Positions 1-14,604 are shown, counted from the first letter of the stretch. The stretch: DNA of 64,000 bases from Octopus vulgaris (GCA_951406725.2 OX597817.1:50530001-50594000), one strand, 5' to 3'. Program-made: numbers and translations. Notes: generated by a model from the letters alone, not told the origin.

Positions 1-1114
1 GCATTCCTTACTCTTTCCTTCTCTACCGGCAGACAGCAATCTTTTAGTCAAGATCAAAAACAATTTCGCTATCACTACAAATACTACTGTCTCTAACTAC
101 CTGTCGGGAAAACGAATGTAAATAATGTAAATAATATTTTTTCCTTCATGGTGTTGATCCTTCCATAGTCACTGGTTACTCCGACGTTGGCACAATAATA
201 CACTTGTCCAAACCGAATTTCTGGAGTTGTTTCATTTTTCCAGAAAAATGTTTTTTGAAAAGTTATAGAGTTTTAAAGTTTCATCATTTTCACCCAGTCA
301 AGCGATAAGATAAATAAGGCCACTTGGGTAAGGAATGACCATGCTTCATTTATCTTTTAATAATGATTGTTGTTCTTGTTCTTGTTTCAACCATGGCTGC
401 CTCTGCGTTGTTATTTGTGTTGTTACTTAATTTGCAAAAACAGTAAGGGGTGAGGGTTGCTAGCACATATCCCTTTACCCCACATTTTCCCCATCCACAT
501 TTTTGCCATATGGGGCCTTAACACAATCTGATAATAGGTATAGATGCAAATCTATCTAATTACTTGTCTCCTTCTAAAATCAGGCGTAACTTGGAGGCGA
601 TCGGTCGACTTACAGCATCGTGCTTCGTCTTGAGTTTACTTGGAAGAATGTGTTTGTTAACTTGACGTGTATATACGTATATACCTATACGTATGTGTAT
701 GTTTTTGTGGTGTAGATTGCACGAAAATTTTTCAAGTTTTAGGAATAATATATGAGATTAAAATTATTAAAAATGATTTTATTAACATAAAGAGTATGGT
801 TGCTTTCCAAACAATTAGGGTCCGCAACTCTCGTGGGATAAAAATATTTCACGCTGGGCTCTGATATTTTGCAGTAAATTGCTATAGCACATTTTAGATG
901 AGATTGTTGTCGTTGATTTTGCAATTTGGATCTCAACCGGGAAAACATATGATCAAATTCTTTTTAACAACGTACAGAGGCGGGAAAAAATCACGCACCA
1001 AAAGATTTAATGTTTTTATTTATATTATGTTATTATTATTATTGCTTTTACTTGTCACTTACAACTTTTGTATTCACTAGTATTTTATTTATTTTATTCT
1101 ACTATTCCCTTTTC

Positions 1115-1400
1115 TCGTCCTTTTCAAGCCTAGCCAGGCTCAAGGGCCTGGTTTCACGGTTTCTGTGGCGTATGTTTTCCCCCCAGCTGGACGGGACGCC
1201 AGTCCAATGAAGCGTTACTCAAGAAACAGGAAGAGATAGTGAGAGAAAGTTGTGGCGAAAGAGTACAAAAGGGGTCGCCACCCCTCCCTGCCGGAGAATC
1301 GGAGCTTTTAGGTGTTTTCGTTCAAGAAACACACACAACGCCTGGTCTGGGAATCGACACCGCGAGTCCACTACCCTAACCACTGAGCCATTGCGCCTTC
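1115..1400 (-). mobile_element. tRNA-derived SINE, family B (OR-type/V-domain-like), partial
   Basis: Reverse complement reads gaaggcgcaatggctcagtggttagggtagtggactcgcggtgtcgattcccagaccaggcgttgtgtg, the same head as 8075-8456. Confidence 0.75.
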
Positions 1401-2073
1401 ACATTCTACTATTCTACTTTAGAAAAATTGAAGCATGTCTTTGTCAATTCCGGAGTGATTTGAACTTATGTGCATGACTTATAGCCCTCTCTGTATATAT
1501 CGCTGTCTTTCAGGTATTTTATACCGTATTCTACAACATCTTAATTGTAGCATCTTAAATCTGTAGTGTGTAATTTGAAGAAGCTATTTCTAGCATGTCG
1601 AACAAAGGCGTAACGGCTCTATTGTCGAAGGTCATGTTGATAATTGATTTTTTTCGTAGGTTCACGATGACATATTTGCCACGACAATGTCAAGTGAAAT
1701 GTATTGAGCGTAACATACTTCTGGTTTGTATTTTGATAACGCCTTCTTTCGACTAAAAGGGAAGGAAAGAGGATATTCTGGAAGTTACGCGTAACCTGAA
1801 ATGAACTTCAATAAGCTTAGGTTTGGACTTTTATCACCATACATCAACTAATATTAGCTAATGAAATGAAGTTATATTTTGGAAATTGCAGAGATACAAT
1901 TCCAAAAGAACGCAGAGACAACACTCATATTGGGAAAATTTAAAAGCAAAACCCCTAGCGATTATTTATTGTTGTTTTCCCACTTCAGTAATTATATGTG
2001 TGTTTGTGTGTGTGTGTACTTATAATTATATATGTACGTATATATATATATTTATATATACATCTGTTTGTTG

Positions 2074-2215
<142 letters not shown>

Positions 2216-2986
2216 TCGGTACACACGCCCCTATATAAATTATTGTATGTTGTACAATTATCGTGCAGTTGTGTCGATGTCTTTTCTAAATACTGAGCAG
2301 ATGGCATTTGTAAAATATTTATTTACATCGTTTACCATTTATTCCGCCTAACGAAACATTAAGATGTGATTTACTTTGTGATATACGCTAGCTATTATTC
2401 ACAAGTCTTCTTTCACACACAACGAACATATACACAAACACAGATATATACACACACATATTCAATTACACTTATATATATAAACACGCAAACATTCATG
2501 TAGACATACGTACATACATACACACAGGCAAGAATACACCGCATGCATGCATATTGCATGACTATACATATTTACATGCATAGAAACTTGTGTTATTCTT
2601 TAAAAAAGAATGGTATTCACAGTCGTTTCGAAGTATTATTGATAGCAAAAGTCCGATGATATACGTGGTCGAAACTTCGAAGTTACTACCAATATTGTTT
2701 TTCTTAAAGAATAATAAATTTTGACTCTACGGAATATATTCAGTAGTCCTTAAATTTAATACAAAACTGTTATTAGAACATAAACACAAAAATTAATGTG
2801 TGCGTATTTATAAATGTATATATGTCTAAATGTATGTATGTATGTATGTATGTATGTATGTATGTATGTATGTATGTATTAATGGATAGATGGATGGATC
2901 GACGGATCGATCGATCGATGCATCGATGGATGGATACATGGAATATAGATACCATTAACGCAGTAATTGTACGCTTATATATGTAC

Positions 2987-3375
2987 GTGGCTGTGTGGTA
3001 AGAAGCTTGTTTCTCAAACACATGGTACCGGGTTCAGTCCCACTGTATGGCACCTGGGGCAAGTGTCTTCTAATATAGCCTCGGGTCGACCTAAGCCTTG
3101 TGAGTGGATTTGGTAGATGAAAACTGGCAATAGCCCGTCATGCATATAATATGTATATATATTTATGTATGTCTTTGTGTCAGTGTTTATCCCCTCACCA
3201 TCGCTTGACTGACATTGGTGTGTTTATGTCCTCGTGACGTAGCGGTTCGGCCAAAGAGACTGATAGAATAATTATTAGGCTTACAAAGTATAAGTCCTCA
3301 GGTCAACGTGTTCGACTAAATGCAGAGTTCCAGCATGGCCGCTGTCAAATGACGGAACCGTGTAAAAGAGTAAAG
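2987..3375 (+). mobile_element. tRNA-derived SINE, family A (CORE-like, internal microsatellite, LINE-derived tail)
   Basis: gtggctgtgtggtaagaagcttg...ggcacctggggcaagtgtctt...ccagcatggccgctgtcaaatgac...gtaaaagagtaaa; more than 10 copies in the window. Confidence 0.85.
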
Positions 3376-3432
3376 GGAAATATATATATATATATATATA
3401 TTTATAAATGAGGATAATATCGATATTTAAAT

Positions 3433-3469
<37 letters not shown>

Positions 3470-4039
3470 TATAATCAAAAGGGTATTAATATAGATTACT
3501 ATCAGTGGCCCAGCACAAAGGGCGAATTAGTCATTAGACAAAATATTATTCATATAGAAAAATATTATTCATGTAGAAATATAATTAAGGGCTCCTAAAT
3601 AAGGATGCCAAGTGCTAGGGACACAGAAAAGGGATACATTTATCGAGAGTGAAAATCAAAAACATTTACCAATAACGATACATCCCGGACTGATATCAGT
3701 TTCTACCTCTTTCTAGCAAAACAGACAGAATATGTTTGCTAAGGCCGGATTCATCAGCGAGAATCCTGAGTTAAATCGAGATGCGCAACGTGTTAGACCA
3801 TGTGTTGATCTAAACAGCTTGCAGATCTTAACTTTTCAAGTCTCTGCGCATATATATATATGTATATATAACAAGAAAATGGAGTGGATAAACAATCGAC
3901 AAACATTAGCCAGTAAACAATCAATTATATCTATCTATTTATTGATTACAAACATATGTGTAAATTATCGAAGTAAACAAATGAAATAAGCCAATAGATA
4001 TGTAAACAGATCTATATATATATATATATATATATATAC

Positions 4040-4089
<50 letters not shown>

Positions 4090-4991
4090 AGTGAATAATA
4101 GACTAGTGTACAAATACCAAACCCTGACAGCCGTTTCTACCATAAGACAGCCAAATCTTCCAAGTTCTCCTCATTATGTTTGTGATATACAGGGATGAAC
4201 AAACATTGGACAGGTATTGGACAATGTTTGAGCCCCATGGACAATGTTTGACCTTCAGAGGGTCCAAATGTTAGGAAACTAACATAGAGTAGTGTAGGGT
4301 AAAATAAATTAAAATGAAATAAAATGAAAATAATGTAATGGAAATAGGAAGGAATGGTAAGAACTTCATTTTAAGGTGCTATTATAACCCATGGTATTCC
4401 ATCTTGTGGTAAATAAATAAAGTCAGTCTGAGGAGAAATTTCCGTAGGCTGCGGTTGACATCGTGTTTCCATTACAATGGCTTATTTCATTCATTTACTT
4501 AAATCGCTTACACATATGCTTGTAATCAAATAGCGAACAGGTATAATAGAATGTTTACTGGCTGATGTTTGTCGATTGTTTATCCTCTCCATTTTCTTAT
4601 TCGCTTTATAAATCCTGGGTAAATTAGAAATTTACCCTCACCCATACCTACTATTCAATTGCGATATTGCTATGCAATAGTAAGCACTTTGTTATAAATA
4701 TGTAGGTACACATCCAGTAATATATTGGATATTTAATATCTTTTAGATGGCTTCTTAATCTTCTTAGTCACACACGCATACGCACACATACACACACACA
4801 TACACACACACATACATACACACACACACATATATATATACACACACATACACACACACGCACACACACACACATATATATATTATATAAAGTAAGAATT
4901 TCAGAAGATAAAACCGGACACACACCCAACGCCCATCTATAAATCAAACCAGCCATCGAATACATACGTCTATATGCAGAAACAAATATGT

Positions 4992-5031
<40 letters not shown>

Positions 5032-5189
5032 GTGTGTGTCTGGTGTTATCTTCTGAAATTCTTACTTTTGGAGACAGACCGGATTTGTAGCTTAGAAACA
5101 AGAAACTTTCATTGGAATTTAGATTAAATGAACAATTTAATTGTTTATATATGTATATATATGTATGCATTCATGCATGTATATACCTG

Positions 5190-5284
<95 letters not shown>

Positions 5285-5728
5285 TTATGTACGCAAGTAC
5301 ATACGAATGCATATATATACATCTATATCTATATCTATTTATATATCTACCTATTTATCTGTGTGTGTGTGTGAGTGTGGATGCACGTGGAGTTGGCTGT
5401 ATGTATGGATATCAGCCTGGACGAGTTACATTACATGTTAAAATTCTTGAATCCATTTCATATTTACTCAGTGACTTGATAGTTCGTAGACGTTCGTAAC
5501 TGTTCGTAGTTCGTAGCTGTGATCTCTTTAATAAATATGTTACCAAGTCTTAAAACCTAGCTTCTTAAGAAATGTTACTCAGGTAATTAGTCACGTGCTT
5601 CAATAATTATAGAGGAAGGAATCGAAAGTTATTGTCCGGAAGGAGCAAATGAATATATTTCACGTCTCCACCACAGCTATTTTTCTTATGTTGATAGCTG
5701 TTGATCGACTCCTCTCAATTACTGGGGA

Positions 5729-6242
5729 CCGTAAAACCTCGAGTATAATCCGCCTTTTTGCCCCAAAATTTAAAGGTCAAAATCCCTAGTGCACGTACTA
5801 TATACGAAGTTAAAAATGAAAATGATTTTCTAAGCAATGTCCGAGTCTCTATTTGCTGTCCGGCAATGTTTATTCAGACGCATTTTGTGATGTCGGGCGC
5901 GAAAATACCTTAAGCTAAGCCTGAAAGCAATGAAGTCATAAAAGAATCATCCATAATTTGCAGTAAGCAACATTTATTAAATGTTATTACTGTTATTTCT
6001 TTATTTTCTGCAAACAAAATGCACAAAAAAGTTACAAGTTTGTATTACGTTATATATACAATAATAATAAAGGATGTTACCGTATACATTTTTACAAACC
6101 AAGGAAGTTATATAGACCTCCTTGACTTAAGTTAGAGAAGGGTTGCGTATTATACACAAGGTTTAGGTTTTTCAGAGGTACAGCCCCCTAAAAATCCCCT
6201 GCCTATTATACTCAAGGGCGGACTATACTCGAGGATTTACGG
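5729..6242. mobile_element. Non-autonomous Tc1/mariner-superfamily (pogo/Tigger-like) MITE
   Basis: About 26-bp TIRs: ccgtaaaacctcgagtataatccgcc and ggcggactatactcgaggatttacgg; TA on the right side, GA on the left. Confidence 0.8.
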
Positions 6243-6461
6243 TATGCTTTCTTTATGTTTTTCATGCAGATTTTTTTAATAATATTTTTATATGAGAATT
6301 TTGGGGGTTAAGACTATCCCAGGGTTATATAAACATGTGGTTGAATTAGTGTGTGCATATATGTAGGTGTACAGGCCTGCCTTTACCTTCTGTGTGAACA
6401 TGCTTCTTTAATACTTAGATGGGTGTTTATATGCATGAACGTATGTATGTGCATATGTACC

Positions 6462-6755
6462 AAGGCAGGTGAATTCGTAGTTAGGGAGTTCGACTCACGA
6501 TTGCAAGGTCCTAAGTTCAATTCCCAAGTGTTTTGTCTCTTAGAGCATGGCAATTTATTTCACATTGCTCCCGTCCGCTCGGCTGGCAAAATGAGTTGCT
6601 TTGGCCTATTTTATCTGACGCTGAATTTGCCTCAGAACTACCTTAAGAATACGTGTGTCTGTGGAGTTCTCAGCCACTTGTACGTTATTTTCACAAGCAG
6701 GCTGTTCCGTTGATCGGATCGATTGGAACCCTCGACGCCATAACCGACAGAGTGC
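6462..6755 (+). mobile_element. SINE family B, degenerate
   Basis: Tail cagccacttgtacgttattttcacaagcaggctgttccgttgatcggatc matches the 8075-8456 tail. Confidence 0.7.
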
Positions 6756-7210
6756 AGTAATGTGCATATGTATGCATATTTGTATGCACGAATGTGTGAC
6801 TGTATGTATATTTAGGTACGTATGTCTATATGCTATCTTTTCACCGTTTACTGATTAACTTTTTAATTTTTATAAAAATGGCTTGCAGATTAAAATGAAA
6901 TGATATTGTATTATAATCTTTAATGTTTTGAATTTTACTCTAAACATTGAAAATGTCAAATAAACGTGGCAGTATAATTTTTACAATAAATGCTCTAACA
7001 ATATGAATTACGTTGGCTGAATGCCTCAAACTGAATCTACTTTGATGCTATGAAACTATATATTTAAAAACTATTAAAATTGAAATGCCAAATGTATTTC
7101 GTGACGGAATTATTTTGTGTTTTATCTATAGTTATTATTAAGCTATAGTTATAAAGTTCTTTTATTCGTTGAGACGTTCTTGTTACCAATACATCCACAC
7201 ATGAGCACAT

Positions 7211-7279
<69 letters not shown>

Positions 7280-8074
7280 CATATATATATGCGCGCGCAC
7301 AGACTGATTGTCTAGCACTTCAGGTTTATTGTAAATTAATTTGTTAATAAAGGAATTAATTAATCAATTAATTGGTTCCACGCTAAGAATGTTGCCTAAC
7401 AATTGCAAAATTACTATAACAAAATTATTACAGTTTTCATATCAGTTTCAAATTCTAAGTATCAATTAATTATTGTATGTTTGTCTTCTTTTTTATTCTC
7501 AAAGTTCCATAATTTCACTACTCTAGTTCGCTCTTTCACACGTTCCTTCTAATTAAAGCTATGTGTATCGAGGCAATGAGAAATATACTCTATATAGTTA
7601 CATGACCTGCAATAATTAGTAGCCAATCCTTTCAATTCAAGACTTTTAAAAAAAATTTATTTCGTTTCTGAACACCCAGAATACATTTAATTAATTTATA
7701 ACTTTCTATAACTGTTTAATTTCAAATTTGAATTACGCCATGTACAATTCACATATATTAAAAAAAGATTATAAGTGTAAGAAACAGTTCTTGGTATAGT
7801 TAGTGTAGTATTCAAACGCTGTTTATATTTTGTTGATGTAACTGCCCTTATTTTAATATTTCGCTTAATTATAGCGAGACTAATAACTTGGAGTAGAACT
7901 CTATACACGTATGGTGCAGAACACAATGTTATATGAGTATAAAGTGGTAATAAAAATACAAAGGGATGAAACCAGAAAGACAAACATCTTATTGCTTCAT
8001 CAGAGCCTTGAATATGAAGTGCATTTCATTTGGAAAAGTTACATTTTCAAGATACAGGCGTTATGAGTGAGAAA

Positions 8075-8456
8075 GGAGGCGCAATGGCCCAGTGGTTAGG
8101 GCAGCGGACTCGCGGTCATAGGATCGCGGTTTCGATTCCCAGACCGGGCGTTGTGAGTGTTTATTGAGCGAAAACACCTAAAGCTCCACGAGGCTCTGGC
8201 AGGGGATGGTGGTGATCCCTGCTGTACTCTTTCACCACAACTTTCTCTCACTCTTACTTCCTGTTTCTGTTGTACCTGTATTTCAAAGAGCCGGCCTTGT
8301 CACTCTCTGTGTCACGCTGAATATCCCCGAGAACTACGTTAAGGGTACACGTGTCTGTGGAGTGCCCAGCCACTTACACGTTAATTTCACGAGCAGGCTG
8401 TTCCGTTGATTCGGATCAACCGGAACCCTCATCGTCGTAACCGACGGAGTGCTTCC
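8075..8456 (+). mobile_element. Full-length young SINE family B (tRNA-Arg-like head) with TSD
   Basis: A box tggcccagtgg, B box ggtttcgattcc; perfect 13-bp TSD atgagtgagaaag at 8063-8075 and 8457-8469. Confidence 0.92.
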
Positions 8457-9653
8457 ATGAGTGAGAAAGTTTATGTTGATTCCAAGGCTCTAATGAAACT
8501 CTAAGATGTTATCCTGGTACTCAACTAAGATTCCACCACTTCTTATAGCAGAAACAGTTGTAAGTTGATGAAGTTCATAACATCTGGCTTTTCCGGTGTC
8601 ATCTCTTTGTTTTCTAATTGTCCTTATGAAATTTTTGAATTTAAACTAAAATAAACAGCACTGTTTTTAATTCTAAACTTTCTATTATTTTTGTTTCTAC
8701 CTCAAACGGGTTTATATTGTGACAGAGCCTGTGATAATCAATCTGGTCTATTTAATTTCCAACTATTTATGCAATTTCAATAATTTACTAAAAATAACTA
8801 ATACTACGAATCTCTGTGTCAGTGAATCTCTGTGTCCGTGAAGGAGTAACTGGGTTCAAAAAGAGTTAATTTTCTAAAACATCTCTTTTCCTCACCACAA
8901 AGTGATAAATCTTAATTTAAACGCACTTTCTGAAATTCCACATGCAAGCTACGTTTGCGTTTATTTAAAGCGTCTCCAATTTTGTCTTACATTTCCACTT
9001 ACCTCCCCAAAAATCCAGTGTGATATTCTTAATAATTACTTAACCTTATTTAAGTACAAATATATTTTGTGCTAATTAAATTAAATCCCTATATTCATAA
9101 AGAAATTTGAAATTTCTACATATCCAATTACAAAACACGATCCCTGTGACCGTAAATGCAACACCCTAACCATTAGGCCACGCGTACTCCCAAGACAGTG
9201 GTCCACCTTCCCGGACTGGGAGACGTGTTTCGTTCTTTAGCAAAACGCCCTATTTCACGTTGATCTGCGATCACTTTGGTTTCTGACTCGTGGCAAATTG
9301 TGCACATGTACAGAATATGTTCATTTTGATGGAAGAAATGAGCCAATATACAGCACAAACCCTTTAGCTCTATAAAAAAAACTCATCAGTGCAGATTTAT
9401 CAGTAAGAATTTGCGGAATCCTCATCTGTCGCCTATGACAGGAGAGTCTATCTCATAATTTCGTACAACACTGTAAGTCAGAATGCACCTATACTCGCCA
9501 GCGAACAAAAGGGAATCCTAATTTTATCGAGGAATCTACTCTGCTTGGCTGATGTTAAAAGATATGCAATTACTTACTGTTAGTTAGACATAAGGAAAAC
9601 TATTTTGTTAAGATATTTGTAATGAAACACTTAAAGATTGAACTATATGAAAC

Positions 9654-9864
9654 TGTTGTGTGGACGCCCCAAGACGATGAAGTAGGCTAGCCCAATACGT
9701 AGATATAGAAGGAGAAGTCTAGATGTCATCAGAGAACAGTTGAGTAGCGGAGGGAAGAGTAGCGAGGAGTCGAGTTGAGTAGAAGGCATCCGAACGTGCT
9801 ACATAACAGTGACGACGAGGATTTCGTAGCTCACACAGCCACTGTGTAGTATTGCGACATAACA
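9654..9864 (+). mobile_element. Internally deleted Gypsy-like LTR retrotransposon relic (LTR + PBS + end of 3' LTR)
   Basis: tgttgtgt...acataaca (9654-9808), then PBS tgacgacgaggat (9810-9822, close to TGGCGACGAGGAT), a second acataaca at 9857-9864, and flanks gaaac/gaaaa. Confidence 0.6.
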
Positions 9865-10652
9865 GAAAATATTAATGGAAATTACAACATAATGATGACC
9901 AGCCTAGAGAAATGTAGCCATACCCTCACAACGACCTGCCTTCATTTGGACCACAAATACTTGAGCAAAAGATTAATGTCCCTGGAAATTGTTACGTAAA
10001 TCCATTTATATATATCATTTTTATTCGAACTATTTCGTCATCAGAGACCCTACACAATGTAGTTCCAAACTAACTATGCTCGTGTGAATTCTATTCAGAA
10101 ACCTTGTGGCATTATTTATTCAAATGCAAAAACTACCATTTTGGGTCAGATTAATTTTTTAAATTGTCTTAAAAAGCCAATAAACTTTGGAGGTGAAAAT
10201 TGTTTCAAAGATGGCCCATCAATAAATTCTACAAGACGATTTAACAACGGAAGCATTTAACTGCTCACTTTTGTTCAGTACCTTCTTCCATTTTTACTGC
10301 GCGTTATTTTTTCCATTTTCTTGTTTGTGTGGTTTCTTATCCATAATGGGCATTATATAACTTTCTCATTCTGTCACGACTTAGCAGCTTTACACGGACG
10401 CTTAAATTTATTAAAGAAATAAATCAATGATTTTTAGGAAGCATCTTCGTAACTATCTGTTTTGGAATTCATTTCTTAAAATATTCTGATGAATATTGGG
10501 GAAAATTTTGCTCTGTGATATATTTGTTTTTAAATTCGTCTTTTAAAGAACGTTTTAATTGTGTTTACTTGTCAACGGTAATCTTCTATCTCTATAGTAA
10601 CTAATGAAATTTTATTCTAAATTAATGTATTTTAATATCGATTACTGTATGA

Positions 10653-10688
<36 letters not shown>

Positions 10689-11339
10689 ATGTTAGGATTT
10701 TATCGCTTCCACTTTATAATACAGAATCAGAGGGTGTTTCTGGTTGTGTATGAACGAACGCAAACACACCCACACACATATATTACATAAATATACATAC
10801 ACTCACACATAAACACAAACTCACAAAAGCCCAGACTAACATACGCAGATATTTCTCTCCATGAATATGGTATTTTAAACATTTCCATTTATTATTAATA
10901 TCATTCCTTTATCTTTTCTCATAATCCCTATTTAATTGTTTGATGTCAACTTTAAGAACTAAAGACAGTAAAATAAATCCATCACTATTCCCGGCTTTTT
11001 TTTTTCTATTTTTCATGAATTATTTTACTGTGATAAAAATCTAGGTCCATGGTTTTCTATGAAAATTTGTTTATAATCAAACTGATTTTTGACAGTCAAT
11101 TTGTCTATGATATTATTATGGATATAAGATATCCTTATTTGTTATTAGCAGAGATGCTTCCATAAAGACTAGCCTTCTTGATATTTTGCGTCTGCCTAGC
11201 TGCATTTTTCTAGCATTTTTAGAGCTTCCTGACAACAACGGGGAGAAATAACGAAAATGATAAGTCTTGCAGTAAATTTTTAAACTTCTTTTTATAAACC
11301 TTACCGACTCACTAAAACTGGATGGCTTATCTCATACAT

Positions 11340-11710
11340 GGCGGCTACCCGGACAGCATATGATGCCTTCGCGCCTCACACAGAGGTCAAGCATTCTCGC
11401 ACCCCAAAAGTGCTACTATTCGTTTTGCTTCCTTGTGGAAAGAATCTTCACGAATTTCGCAGAGTCTTTGCCTTTTCTTCTAAATAACGTTGACTCCGTA
11501 ATCACACCTATTATGGAGAAAGCGTCCCCTTTCACTACCCGCTTTCAACCAGCTCCATTCAACACAACCAGGACAATATTCTCCAAATAATGTCTTTCTC
11601 TCCACTAAGATTCCCACCTCGCATATGTCTAATACAAGAATTCACTTTGAGGGAGGCAAAACCAGAATTTTTTATCAGATAACTCTCTGTCTCTCTACAT
11701 TTATGGAGTC
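11340..11710 (-). mobile_element. Possible highly decayed Tx1/L1-clade LINE ORF2 3' relic
   Basis: Minus-strand peptides ...KILVLPPSK... and ...VEWSWLKAG... loosely resemble Tx1-type C-termini; contains stops and frameshifts. Confidence 0.25.
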
Positions 11711-11924
11711 ATTCGATCACTTTCAAATCTATACTATCCATTTAATTTCAATATACTAAACCTATCGTTCACCTAATTATCCCCCAGCGCCTGATCCTAT
11801 GACACTTCAGGTCAGCTGAATAAGCGAAACCTTGCCGAATGTAAGTCGACCAACCTGGGCAACATATGTGATTGATTTATTTCTAACTGATCACGAACAG
11901 TTTGTCGGGTTACTAGAGCCGTCC

Positions 11925-11990
<66 letters not shown>

Positions 11991-12056
11991 TGATAATAAT
12001 AATGATAATAATAATAATAATAATAATGTTGATGATGATGATGATGATGATGATAA
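11925..12056. repeat. (AAT)n/(GAT)n microsatellite
   Basis: Direct reading; abuts the R4/Dong-like fragment. Confidence 0.95.
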
Positions 12057-12500
12057 TGTCCATTGGGCAATTTGCAACAAGGATGGACTTGACAGAACCA
12101 AAAAGTAGTATGAACATAAAACCGAAGGCATCATCGAAATTAATAGCGCAAATATCCTATGGGATTCTATGATTCAGTGCGACCATGAGATAGAGAATAG
12201 GAAACCAGACATAGTGTTAATGGAGGAAAAAAGCAAATGGTGCTGGATTATAGATATAGCATGCCCAGCCGACAACAAGGTATGTGATAAAGAAGAAAGA
12301 AAAGTCGACAGATATGATAGGTTAGCTTGGGAAGTTAAGCGGTTGTGGTCGAGGAAAAAGGAGCAGTAGTACCAAGCAATAAGGGTGAAGCAACTGAAGA
12401 AAACAGCACTGCTTGGAATCGCTCGAACACTCCGGATGGTGCTCAAAAGATGGTTACCTTAGTTCACTAGTAGTGAACAGCTAACACCGTAGTTGACTCC
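12057..12500 (+). mobile_element. R4/Dong-like (RLE-type) non-LTR retrotransposon, 3' fragment
   Basis: VHWAICNK...ILWDSMIQCDHEIENRKPDIVLMEEKSKWCWIIDIACPAD...KKTALLGIARTLRMVL; restriction-like endonuclease PD..D motif. Confidence 0.85.
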
Positions 12501-12964
12501 TCATCCACACGTGTTTTGAACTACATTTTGGAGAGTCTGATGTGGTATAGAGTCAAGATGAAAAAATCCACCGCTGAAAGACTTTTTGAACATCCTATAT
12601 TATAGATGCTATCTTCATGAGTTTGATTAGTACGTCACTGAAACCAGGCTGTAGTAGATTTTGGCATTCTTATGGAAAACATCAATGTATATGAAATGCG
12701 ATTTTCGCTGCGTAGTTAACAGCTGGCTCTCTATACAAAACCTTGAAAAGGAATTCGCTCTTTATTCCCAAGAATGCCAATAATTTAAATCGTGAGCTGA
12801 TACTTTTCCCCACTGGTTCACCATGCATTTACTATACGAGGTAAGTTGTAATAGACTATACCAGAGAACACAAAACTAAACTAGAGCAGCGTTTACCGAA
12901 GAACGAATCTGCAGTCTTTAGAATTCCTCGCAAAAACAAAATAATGATGTGATAGAAGCTATAT

Positions 12965-13192
12965 TTTATCTTTTACTTATTTCAGTCAATTAACTGCGAC
13001 CATGCTGGCGCACTGCCTTGAGGATCTTTTAATTGGACGAATCGATACCAGCATATATTTTATTTCTAGGTCTGGTACTTATTCTATTTGTCTCTATTAC
13101 CGAACCGCTATGTCACGTTGACGTAAGCACACCAACGTTAGTTACTAAGTGGTGGTGGGGAAGAAACACACACACAAACACACGCACACACA

Positions 13193-13272
<80 letters not shown>

Positions 13273-13530
13273 AAACTATAAATTAGGGTTTCTGAGAGAT
13301 ACCACCATGATGAAATAGCTGCCAAAACCCTGACCCTAAAGCCAACTTAAATGTTCATATAGCGCCCGGAGAGAAGACAGAGAGACAAAATAAACTAGCA
13401 AAAAAGATTATTCTGGATAATTCAAGATCATGGATTTCTGACTTTGCATAAGAGAAGCTCTACCTTCGTCAGTTTCCCACGCTGGCCACTTGATAAGATC
13501 GCTATTTAAATATCGATATGATCCTTATTG

Positions 13531-13576
<46 letters not shown>

Positions 13577-13722
13577 GACGAGCTTCCTTTCAGTTTTCGT
13601 CTACCAAATCCACTCAAAAGATTTGCTATAGTGGAAGACAAATGATCAAGGTGCAAAGCATTGGAACTGAACCCGAAATCATATGATTAGGAAAAATCTG
13701 ATCACACCGCCACGCCTGCGCT
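12965..13722 (-). mobile_element. SINE family A, old copy split by a microsatellite and an inserted segment (13275-13530)
   Basis: 3' half at 12965-13170 and 5' half at 13576-13722. Confidence 0.7.
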
Positions 13723-14604
13723 ATGCACATAACAGCGTAATGCTAAAATAGATATTCAGAATGCCTACTTTACATCCGAGAAGGCATTGGCCTTATCATT
13801 ACCAATAAGTCTGAAAGCTACAGTTCTAATTCCGGTGGCATTGACGACATGCAACACAATGGTGCCGCCTAATGTAAGTAAAACCAACTTCACATATATA
13901 ATATTCTTGGAACTTTCATTTCTTCTTTTTTTCTTTTTACCGTTAGAAACTTAATGAGCCAAACAAACTGCATGTGAATTTCAAAGTATTTTGGAAAAAA
14001 AAATTAAATAGTTTTCACTAAAGGAATGTACTTTCATATATGCTTATATGCCTCTATTTATATTAACCGATTAAAAAATAGATTTGTATTCATACATATA
14101 TATATATATATATATATACATTCACTGGAACAGGCACACACATATATATACCAGCATGTATGTATATATATATATATATATACATACATACGTCCGAGTG
14201 CTCCGCTGCAAGCTAACATATTTTATATTGACACGGCAATCTAACATTTGTAATGTACCTCGTTTATATTCATTCCGTTTCTTGCAGACTTTTTTCCCCA
14301 CTCAATATATTTTTTTGTATTCTTTACTTTCTATTACAACACAGTTTGTTTTTTTGTCCAATTGGTTTTATTTTTAACGTGTTAAAAGTTACTCTTTGCA
14401 TGACTTCTCAAGATAAACATATATCAAAGTGATGATATTTTGGAAAAGCTGCAAACTTGCTCACAAACATCGGCGCAGGTACGGCTGTGTGGTTAAGAAG
14501 GTCGTTTTCTAAACACGTTGCTACAGGTTCAGACCTACTTTGCAGAATCTTTGGCAATGCTTTATGAATGAATTTCGTTAAGAGCACCTGTGAGGAACCA
14601 CGTC

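Noticed and set aside
2-337. 10-bp inverted match cattccttac / gtaaggaatg as MITE TIRs
   Set aside because: Too short, and truncated by the window edge.
8075-8150. tRNA-Arg-like gene
   Set aside because: It is a SINE head with body, tail and TSD; no complete cloverleaf.
12605-12660. Hammerhead-like ttcatgag...gaaaccaggctgtagtagat
   Set aside because: The core lacks CUGA and stems I and II do not pair convincingly.
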